Source: Candidatus Yanofskybacteria bacterium (GTDB lineage Bacteria > Patescibacteriota > Minisyncoccia > 2-02-FULL-40-12 > IGHO2-12-FULL-4). Taken from it: a stretch of 64,000 nt of DNA. Made by a program: the position numbers and the translations under genes. Shown here in pieces: positions 56,806-64,000 of this stretch. Within the stretch, counting starts at the first letter, position 1; each line of letters begins with the position of its first letter. The stretch is taken from the NCBI GenBank assembly GCA_016185525.1, contig JACPNK010000002.1:11616-75615 (forward strand), written 5' to 3'. The notes beneath the pieces are model-generated. The model was given only the letters and a program-made list of their open reading frames with translations, was not told the origin of the DNA and ran no database searches.

Positions 56806-57754
56806 TAGAGTATAAGGTTGAAAACTAGTAAAAAGCCTTGCAAAATACTACTTTCTTTATGTAGAAATATGTAAAGGAAGTCGGATTTTGCGAGACTGAA
56901 GAATGTGGGAGAGCCACAAGGCAAGGGCCAACCAGCCTAATAAATCTCCCAAAAAAACTTAAGTCTCGCTCGATTTTCTGTCTCCAGCACAGTACTAGGG
57001 AGACAGAAACTGTGATGCGGCACAGTACCAAGACGGAGAGTAGCCGCTTCTACTCTCCACAGTTATAGCGAGGACCTGCTGAAGCTCGAAGTAGAACTTC
57101 CCTTGTGGGTGGTTCCGGGCGGGTTGAAGTTTCAAAACCCCAGCAGGTTCCTCGTTACTTTTAAAAAATAACGGCTCTGAAAAATAGCTTAAAAGATCTC
57201 ACTTATTAAAATTTTCTAGACAATCTGTCTAAGACTGAATTACTGATTTTTGAGGCTATTTTGCGGAGCTGGCGTCCCGCTCCCGATGTTGCGCGCCTTC
57301 TTGGCAAGCAGTACCAGACGCAGTACCAGACCAGAAGGACATGAATAGAAGTACAACATCGGGGGTAACGAAGAAGCACCAAACCCCAGGGATGCCCGCT
57401 CCGCTCGCTCTTTATATTTATTTTTTATTGCTACTAGCTATAGCTATTTTCTATTGCTAGTCCCTACACCGAATGGTGTAGGGCTTCGCAAGATATTTCT
57501 ATCGGAAATCAGAAATGGTGGAAGATGGAAGTATCTTGCGGAGGAGCAACAACCATCAGCAAGGGGTGCGGGGGAGCCATTAAGGAGGCGACCCCTCATA
57601 CCCTTGCCTCTTCCGCAGTTTAGTAAAGCTGTTTGTTTCACCGAGTGGGCTGGCTTGTAAGTTGTATTGCAAGCAAAGATGCTGTGCCAGCCCACTCACC
57701 TTTTTTAAAATAAAGTCTTTCAGAAATAGTTCACAAAAATTTGCGAGTTATTTC

Positions 57755-57850
57755 TGTGAGACTGGTAATCGTCTAAAGGATAGGGCACCTCTTTCTGACT
57801 GAGCGGTCTTTGGGGGAAAAACCTGTTCGATTCAGGTAGCCAGTCTCACA
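57755..57850 (+). other. tRNA-like element (non-canonical cloverleaf)
   Basis: T arm ACCTG-TTCGATT-CAGGT; D-arm-like GTCTAAAGGATAGGGC; 12-bp closing stem. Confidence 0.5.
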
Positions 57851-57982
57851 CTTCGCAAAATGTTTCTAAGTTATTGGAAATATTTTGCGGAGTGGGACGG
57901 CGACGTACTACAGGCGAAGGCGCATCACCCAAGGCCCTGTCGTAAGCAAACGCCTCCCCGCTCCGCAGTTAGTATTATTACG

Positions 57983-58013
57983 GCCCTATTGGAAACCCCG
58001 ATAGGGCTTTTTT
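57983..58013 (+). terminator. intrinsic terminator closing the array
   Basis: GCCCTATTGG-aaacc-CCGATAGGGC-TTTTTT. Confidence 0.8.
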
Positions 58014-58060
58014 CTTTTGCATAATTTCGGGATTTTGTTTAGAGTAACAAAAAAGCCCAA

Positions 58061-58447
58061 ATGACAAATGAACAAATGACAAATCAAATCCAAAGCTCAA
58101 ATGTCAAAAAATACGATTTGGAAGAAAGAACAGCAGTTTTGGGGCAAAACATAATCGATTTTGTAAGAACTTTATCTAAAAACTCAATTACTAATCCGCT
58201 TATTAGTCAAGTAGTTAGAGCTGGAACAAGCATCGGAGCAAACTACATGGAAGCAGACGCATCCGAATCAAAAAAAGATTTTCTACACAAAATTGGTATC
58301 TGCAAAAAAGAAAGCAAAGAAACGATGCACTGGCTAAGGATGATAGCGCATGCTATGCCTGAAAAACAAAACCAATGCAGGCAACTGTGGAAAGAAGCGC
58401 ATGAACTTTTATTGATATTTTCCAGTATTGCTAAAAGAAAGTATTAG
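58061..58447 (+). CDS. four helix bundle protein (23S rRNA intervening-sequence/S23 family)
   Basis: YDLEERT, Q..RAGTSIGANY.EA..SESKKDF..KI.I.KKE.KET.HWL. Confidence 0.92.
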   Translation: MTNEQMTNQIQSSNVKKYDLEERTAVLGQNIIDFVRTLSKNSITNPLISQVVRAGTSIGANYMEADASESKKDFLHKIGICKKESKETMHWLRMIAHAMPEKQNQCRQLWKEAHELLLIFSSIAKRKY

Positions 58448-58503
58448 TTTGGATTTTGACATTGATTTGTCATTTGGATTTTGTCATTTGTCATTAAAAT
58501 TTT

Positions 58504-59553
58504 ATGTTAAACAAACTCTTCGGATTTTTCTCAAAAGACATTGGCATAGACTTGGGTACGGCTAATACCTTAGTTTATGTGCGGGGCAAGGGCATAGTTA
58601 TTAATGAGCCGTCAATTGTAGCCATAAACAACAAAACCGGGACAATTTTAGAAATTGGCCAGGAGGCCAGAAAAATGGTTGGCCGGACACCGGGTTACAT
58701 TGTGGTTGCCAGGCCTTTGGTTGCCGGTGTGGTTTCCGATTTTGAAGTAACCGAGCAGATGCTCAAATATTTTATTGACAAAGTTCATCAGGAAAGTTTC
58801 TCTCTTTTGCCACGGCCCAGAGTGGTGATCGGCGTGCCCTCCGGAGTGACTGAAGTTGAAAAAAGGGCGGTGGAAGACGCGGCTTACAATGCCGGCGCCA
58901 GAGAAGTTTATTTAATTGAAGAACCGATGGCGGCGGCAATCGGCGCCAGACTGCCGGTGCAGGAAGCGGCGGCCAATGTGATTATTGACATCGGCGGCGG
59001 CTCTACGGAAGTTGCCGTTATTTCTATGGGGGGCGTGGTTGCTTCCCGTTCTTTACGCATCGCCGGCAATAAATTTAACGAGGATATAATCCGCTATCTG
59101 CGCGAGGAGAGAAACATGCTGATAGGCGAGGCGACTGCCGAAAATATAAAAATTCGTTTAGGTTCGGCCTACCCTTTGGACGAGGAGTTGAGCGGAGAAA
59201 TCAGAGGCCGGGATTTGGTCAGCGGTTTGCCTCGTGAGATTGTCATTACTTCCGAAGAAATACGCAAAGCAATTTCACGGTCTGTCAAAAGCATTTTAAC
59301 TGACATCAAGGCTACCATAGAAGAAACTCCGCCGGAATTAATCGCTGACTTGTTGAGTCGAAATGTTTACCTTTCGGGCGGAGGCAGTCTTTTGCGGGGC
59401 ATGGATGAGATAGTTTCTCACGAAATTAAACTGCCGGTCAAAGTTGTTGATGACCCGCTGACTTCTGTCGCCAGAGGCTGTGGTTTTGTTTTGGAGAACA
59501 TAGATAAACTCAAAGAAGTTTTAGTGGAAACCTCTAAAGAGGCTTATCTATAA
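58504..59553 (+). CDS. mreB: rod shape-determining protein MreB
   Basis: IGIDLGTANT, EEPMAAAIGA, DIGGGSTE and GGGSLL motifs. Confidence 0.98.
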   Translation: MLNKLFGFFSKDIGIDLGTANTLVYVRGKGIVINEPSIVAINNKTGTILEIGQEARKMVGRTPGYIVVARPLVAGVVSDFEVTEQMLKYFIDKVHQESFSLLPRPRVVIGVPSGVTEVEKRAVEDAAYNAGAREVYLIEEPMAAAIGARLPVQEAAANVIIDIGGGSTEVAVISMGGVVASRSLRIAGNKFNEDIIRYLREERNMLIGEATAENIKIRLGSAYPLDEELSGEIRGRDLVSGLPREIVITSEEIRKAISRSVKSILTDIKATIEETPPELIADLLSRNVYLSGGGSLLRGMDEIVSHEIKLPVKVVDDPLTSVARGCGFVLENIDKLKEVLVETSKEAYL

Positions 59554-59556
59554 AAA

Positions 59557-60345
59557 ATGCAAAAGAGTTTTTTGAAAAAAATTTTGCTGGCACTGGCAAT
59601 CTTAGTCTTGCTGGTTTTTTTAAATAACTACGCAACTAACCAATTTTTCAAAAGTTTTTTGGTTCAAGCTCTCAAGCCTTTTTTAATCAAGACATATGCG
59701 AGCCTGAACAGTTTTCAATTCAGGCTGGTTTCTTGGTTTAGAATAGACAATATAATTTTAGAAAATCAGTTTTTAAGCCAGCAAAACCGCCAGTTATTTT
59801 CCAAGACTTTAAAAATGGAAGAACTGGAAAAAGAAAACGAGTTTCTTAGGAAAGAACTTGGCGTGTCTCAAAGAAGAAAGTGGCAGATTGAGATTGCCAG
59901 TATTTTCCAGCTTAACACTAGCGGAGCATTTCGTACGGCTTTTGTGGACAAAGGAAGCAACCAAGGGATTAAATCAGGCATGGCTGTCGTTTTTGGGGGT
60001 GAAATACTGGTTGGCGTTATCAAAGAAGTTTTTCCGGACAGTTCCATGATATTGCTGGTTACCGACCCCAGGCTTACCGTCAGCGTCAAATCAAAAGAAG
60101 CTGAAGTTTCAGCGAGAGCAGTCGGAAGTTTAGACCAAGGTTTGTTTCTGGAACTGGTTGCTAATCAAGAAAACGTTAAAACAGGCGACCTTTTTTTAAC
60201 CAGCGGTTTGGACAGTTTGTCAAGCGCTTTAGTCGTCGGCCGGGTGGCCAGTATAAAATCCGACGACAGAGGGTTGTTCAAAACCGTACGGCTTGAACCG
60301 GAATTTCAGAATATCTTGCCGGAAAGCGTATTTATCATAAAATGA
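59557..60345 (+). CDS. mreC: rod shape-determining protein MreC
   Basis: TM plus coiled coil, DKGS..GI..GMAV, TSG; follows mreB. Confidence 0.9.
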   Translation: MQKSFLKKILLALAILVLLVFLNNYATNQFFKSFLVQALKPFLIKTYASLNSFQFRLVSWFRIDNIILENQFLSQQNRQLFSKTLKMEELEKENEFLRKELGVSQRRKWQIEIASIFQLNTSGAFRTAFVDKGSNQGIKSGMAVVFGGEILVGVIKEVFPDSSMILLVTDPRLTVSVKSKEAEVSARAVGSLDQGLFLELVANQENVKTGDLFLTSGLDSLSSALVVGRVASIKSDDRGLFKTVRLEPEFQNILPESVFIIK

Positions 60346-60869
60346 ACAGCAAAAACTTTTTGATTATTGCTTTAGCTATTTTTCTGGTGAAAGTTGTGTT
60401 TTTACCTGCCGGCAAGGTTTGGCTTAACGCGGATCTTTTTGCTTGCCTAGTTTTGACCGCCGTCATAATTGACAAAAATTTTTCAGAAAAAGTTTTTTTA
60501 ATTTTAGTTTTTTCTTTGATTTTTGACGCTTTTTCCGGCAACACTTTCGGTTCGGCTTCTTTAGCGCTTTTCTTTTCAACACTGGTTATTTTTTGGTCCA
60601 AAAAATTCATACTCCTGTCTGACAAAAGTTTTTTTGTCAACTTTTTATGGCTTTTATTTTTTTATTTCTTGTATCTTTTTTTTCTTTCAGGCGCAGAAAG
60701 TTTATTCTACTTTTATCTCTATGATCAAGCAGTCTTGGCTTTTAGCAATATTTTTAAAGTAAATTTTACTTCATCAAATCTTGTTCAAACTTTTTTACTA
60801 TTTACGGTTTTTATATTTTTAATCAACCGCTATGTGGGGGAAAAAAAGATATCAAATTTCAAATTTTGA
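60342..60869 (+). CDS. MreD-like membrane protein
   Basis: Multi-TM protein with D.FSG..FG; sits between mreC and PBP2. Confidence 0.65.
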   Translation: MNSKNFLIIALAIFLVKVVFLPAGKVWLNADLFACLVLTAVIIDKNFSEKVFLILVFSLIFDAFSGNTFGSASLALFFSTLVIFWSKKFILLSDKSFFVNFLWLLFFYFLYLFFLSGAESLFYFYLYDQAVLAFSNIFKVNFTSSNLVQTFLLFTVFIFLINRYVGEKKISNFKF

Positions 60870-62727
60870 GGAAGATACGGTTTCACCGGAAGAAACTTTG
60901 ATTGACTCTTTGAACAGCCGATCAAAAATTGAGCTGCCGATTTCGCAATCCATTATTCAAGTTTTTTATTTTCTGGTTGGCCTAGTGCTGTTTCTTTACC
61001 TTTTTTTCAGTTTCAAGCTTGGGGTTCTGGAGGGGAAAGACTTCCGAAGCTTGGCTTTAAGCAACCGCTCTACGGTTTACGATATTCCGTCTATGCGCGG
61101 GGCTATATTAGACAGTGACGGTGAGGTTTTGGCTGGCAACACTCCGGTTTTTGACCTGATAGCCATATCAGCCGACCTGCCCAAAAAAGAAGAAGAACTA
61201 AGATTTTGGTCTGAAAATCTGGCCGGAATTTTAAATGACAAGCCCGAAAACATATTTTCTATTCTGCAGGAAAAAGAGCGCCAAGCGGTATTTTTTGTAA
61301 AAAAAGATGTGGCAAAAGAAAAAGTCATACAGATACAAAACCGCTACCAAAAAGGGGTTTTTGTCGTTAGCGGAGCTCAACGGTCTTATTCGGAAAGTGT
61401 TAAATTTTCCAGTATTTTGGGCTACACGGGAAAGGTAAATCAGGATGATCTAAAGGATGAGTATTACATTATCAATGACCGTAAGGGCCGGTCTGGTTTG
61501 GAAGAAAAATTTGAAGACGTTTTGAGAGGCAAGCATGGGCAGATTTTTTTTGACAGAGCAAATAAAAGATATGTGGTTAAGCCGGCCAGTCCCGGCGGCG
61601 GTTTGGTTTTAAATATTGATTCCGATGTTCAGAAAGCGCTTTATGATTCCGTAGAAACTGTTTTGCGTTCTGTCGGCTTGAAAGCCGGTTCGGCAGTTGC
61701 CCAAAATCCGAAAACAGGTGAAATTTTGGGCATGGTCAGTTTCCCTTCTTTTGATAATAGTCTTTTTTCTTCCGAATTGAGCGAAGAGCTGTTTAAAAAA
61801 TATTTTGAAAACAAAAACAGGCCGATATTTAACCGGGCAGTGAGCGGGAAATATAACCCGGGTTCCACAATCAAGCCCTTGTTAGCGTTGGCCGGTCTGA
61901 AAGAAAATGTCATTTCTCCGGAAACTACGATTGTTGATCTTAATGGCTATATTACCGTAAAAAGCATCTACGATCCCAGTGTTGTTTACAAATTTAGAGA
62001 CTGGAAAGTGCAGGGCACTTTGAATTTAAAAAAGGCCATTGCTCAATCGTCCGATATTTACTTTTATTCTGTCGGCGGCGGTTACGGCATCATAAAAGGA
62101 CTTGGTTTTGAAAAGTTGGAAAAATATTTCAGGACTTTTTTGATAGATCAAGTTTTGGGCATAGATATTTCCGGCGAAGCGGCTGGCTTTGTGCCTAACG
62201 AAGAGTGGAAGCTGGAAAAGACCGGCCAACCTTGGTTTACGGGCGATACTTACAATGTTTCTATTGGACAAGGCGACCTTCTGGCTACTCCTTTGTGGCT
62301 TAGCTCTTATGTTTCGGCCATAGCCAATGGCGGCACTTTTTACAAACCGTTTCTGGTGAAAAAAATTATTGATGGAGAACAAAAAGCGGTGCAGATTTTC
62401 AAAAGCGAGGAGTTGGCCAAACTGCCTTTTGATGTCCGGACTTTGGATATAGTCAGAGAAGCTATGAAAGAAGTGGTTGTTTCCGGTACGGCCAAAATGT
62501 TGAACTCCTTGCCTGTCAAAATTGCCGCCAAAACCGGTACGGCCGAAGTGGGTGTCAAAGGTTCGGGCCTTAACTCGGTTTTCATCGCTTATGCTCCTTT
62601 TGATGATCCGGAGATTGCTGTTTCTATAGTTATTGAAAACATAGGACAGAAACAGGGTTTGGCTGTCTTGGCCGCAAAGCAATTTTTTGAAAAATATTTT
62701 GAGGACTTGATTCCTTCTTCAAATTAA
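60832..62727 (+). CDS. mrdA: penicillin-binding protein 2
   Basis: RGAILD, PGSTIK (SxxK), SSD (SxN-like), IGQG and KTGTAE motifs; within the mre operon. Confidence 0.92.
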   Translation: MWGKKRYQISNFEEDTVSPEETLIDSLNSRSKIELPISQSIIQVFYFLVGLVLFLYLFFSFKLGVLEGKDFRSLALSNRSTVYDIPSMRGAILDSDGEVLAGNTPVFDLIAISADLPKKEEELRFWSENLAGILNDKPENIFSILQEKERQAVFFVKKDVAKEKVIQIQNRYQKGVFVVSGAQRSYSESVKFSSILGYTGKVNQDDLKDEYYIINDRKGRSGLEEKFEDVLRGKHGQIFFDRANKRYVVKPASPGGGLVLNIDSDVQKALYDSVETVLRSVGLKAGSAVAQNPKTGEILGMVSFPSFDNSLFSSELSEELFKKYFENKNRPIFNRAVSGKYNPGSTIKPLLALAGLKENVISPETTIVDLNGYITVKSIYDPSVVYKFRDWKVQGTLNLKKAIAQSSDIYFYSVGGGYGIIKGLGFEKLEKYFRTFLIDQVLGIDISGEAAGFVPNEEWKLEKTGQPWFTGDTYNVSIGQGDLLATPLWLSSYVSAIANGGTFYKPFLVKKIIDGEQKAVQIFKSEELAKLPFDVRTLDIVREAMKEVVVSGTAKMLNSLPVKIAAKTGTAEVGVKGSGLNSVFIAYAPFDDPEIAVSIVIENIGQKQGLAVLAAKQFFEKYFEDLIPSSN

Positions 62728-62786
62728 GTTAAAATTCTTTTCTATATTTTACGTTAAAAGTTAGAGCATATTTTTAAACAACATTT

Positions 62787-63251
62787 ATGATAAACAAAGG
62801 ACAATATTTCAGTCCGGAAGGGTTGGAAAAAATGAAGAAAGAACTTGAAGAACGCAAGTATGTTTTGCGCAAAGAAATTGCCGCTAAAATTCTTGAAGCC
62901 AAAGACTTGGGCGACTTGGCCGAGAACGCCGAATTTACCGAGGCCAAAGAAATGCAGGCCTTTAACGAGGGACGGATTGAAGAGCTTGAAAGCATTGTCA
63001 AAAACGCGATGCTGATTTCAAGCGGTAAACAAAACGGAATCATTTCCGTCGGCTCTTCCGTTAAGGTTAAATCTTCCGTGGGCGAGTACACTTTTACCAT
63101 TGTCGGCGCTTCGGAATCAAATCCGACTCAAGGCTTTATCTCTAATGAATCTCCTTTGGGCAAGGCTTTTTTGGGACAAAAAAAGGGGACTGAAGTAGAA
63201 GTTCAGACCCCCAAAGGAGTCGCTAAGTATAAAATTTTAGAGGTTCTCTAA
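62787..63251 (+). CDS. greA: transcription elongation factor GreA
   Basis: GDLAENAE and ISNESPLGKA motifs. Confidence 0.96.
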   Translation: MINKGQYFSPEGLEKMKKELEERKYVLRKEIAAKILEAKDLGDLAENAEFTEAKEMQAFNEGRIEELESIVKNAMLISSGKQNGIISVGSSVKVKSSVGEYTFTIVGASESNPTQGFISNESPLGKAFLGQKKGTEVEVQTPKGVAKYKILEVL

Positions 63252-63821
63252 TTGAACCATTTCTTTGTGAAGTTCTGCTATGTTGGGCGGGAAAATCCAG
63301 GGATAGTTTTTTACAAAGTCCGGTAACTTGTCGTAACAAAAACTTTGTGCCCCACTGTCCCACAACTCTTCTTGCAGGCGGTAGAAAGTCAACAGTTTTT
63401 TTGACTCCGGATTTTGCTCTATAAAAACTTGCCAATGAGAAGATTTTCCTAGCAGTTTGTCATTATGCCATAACCTACGTTCACCATTACTATCTCTGAC
63501 ATAACTACATTTTGCCCAAAGGTATTCTTTTAGATAGTAGTCATCAGTCCAAGAATTACATGCTTGGTTTCTGGCCTTGTTATTTTTTTGATAAATAACG
63601 TCAACAATAAATCCATTTACGGTTCTTACATCGTCTGCCGTGATTCGGCGAGAGTTGGACTCCAACATGCACATAATGTAAGAATAAGCAATCATTATTT
63701 TTTCCAGAATTTTAATGTGACGATCCCTGATTTCGTTATCGGCTTTAATTCTGGCCACTAATTTTTCAAACGAAGTGCTTTTGACTAAGGCTAGTTCGGC
63801 TTGTTGATTCATTTGACTCAT
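63237..63821 (-). CDS. hypothetical protein
   Basis: 194-aa ORF with AAGGAGGTG SD. Confidence 0.7.
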   Translation of the reverse strand: MSQMNQQAELALVKSTSFEKLVARIKADNEIRDRHIKILEKIMIAYSYIMCMLESNSRRITADDVRTVNGFIVDVIYQKNNKARNQACNSWTDDYYLKEYLWAKCSYVRDSNGERRLWHNDKLLGKSSHWQVFIEQNPESKKLLTFYRLQEELWDSGAQSFCYDKLPDFVKNYPWIFPPNIAELHKEMVQLENL

Positions 63822-64000
63822 TCCGACACCTCCTTTTCCGCATTATCCAAGGGGACCCCTTGGATAGATAAATTTTCCAAAAGAGTTTGCCAGGCGTTTA
63901 TGTCTATCTGGTCCGAGTGTTTTTCTTCTTCAACCTTAAATTCGTAAGAGTTGTGAAGAACATGACCGTACTCACCTTGAAGCTGAATTGAAATCCTTGA
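63818..64000 (-). CDS. 3' end of a hypothetical gene running off the window
   Basis: Open frame ..WQTLLENLSIQGVPLDNAEKEVSE* with ATGA overlap to the next gene; contains palindrome 63844-63866. Confidence 0.55.
   Translation of the reverse strand, partial: SRISIQLQGEYGHVLHNSYEFKVEEEKHSDQIDINAWQTLLENLSIQGVPLDNAEKEVSE

Larger units (their letters stand above)
56812..58013 (+). ncRNA. candidate ~1.2 kb array of structured RNA units
   Basis: Lies between P2 and a terminator; five units with shared architecture; G-U wobbles fall on the + strand. Confidence 0.55.

Noticed and set aside
56379-57695. Track ORFs 56379..56582, 56825..57031, 57444..57695 and 57454..57660
   Set aside because: Short, without motifs, with atypical composition, and overlapping strong RNA-like stems
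56812-58013. CRISPR array
   Set aside because: No identical direct repeats with regular spacing, and no cas genes in the window
56465-58013. tmRNA, RNase P RNA, SRP RNA or rRNA
   Set aside because: Could not find GAGGAAAGTCC, the SRP GGAAG/AGCAG loop, tmRNA termini or rRNA signature sequences
56812-58447. Diversity-generating retroelement or retron (Avd-like gene plus structured RNA)
   Set aside because: No reverse transcriptase in the window, and no TR/VR pair with adenine-specific mismatches seen
1-64000. Alternative genetic code (TGA=Gly, as in some CPR lineages)
   Set aside because: Conserved genes such as secF, mraY, lon and polX are full length under code 11, and several end in TGA

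Overview
Gene-dense, low-GC window that looks like a Patescibacteria/CPR (Parcubacteria-like) chromosome segment using genetic code 11. The taxonomy is inferred from gene content, not looked up. It carries mostly housekeeping genes: secDF, ddl, aspS, mraY, ftsW, rpsT, truB, uvrB, ruvA, murE, lon, polX, murG, holB, frr, rseP, proS, mreBC(D), mrdA, greA and tRNA-Lys. Small accessory genes are interspersed. The most unusual features are non-coding. (1) A ~1.6 kb region without credible ORFs (56414-58060) has two near-consensus sigma70 promoters and a terminator. It holds an array of five units sharing one architecture: an AU-rich leader hairpin, a GC-rich segment able to pair either upstream or downstream, and a variable structured cargo. 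One cargo is tRNA-like. (2) Eight dispersed 158-238 bp branched hairpin elements share a CCAGCG/CGCTGG loop and show covarying stems. (3) Several palindromes and repeats are inserted in frame inside truB, a FemABX gene, murE, an MBL hydrolase and polX. Also present are a GIY-YIG gene bracketed by a duplicated tRNA 5' end, a four-helix-bundle gene inside inverted short-repeat arms with apparent empty counterparts, and a perfect CIRCE box upstream of lon. All structures were paired by eye; no folding software or database searches were run.
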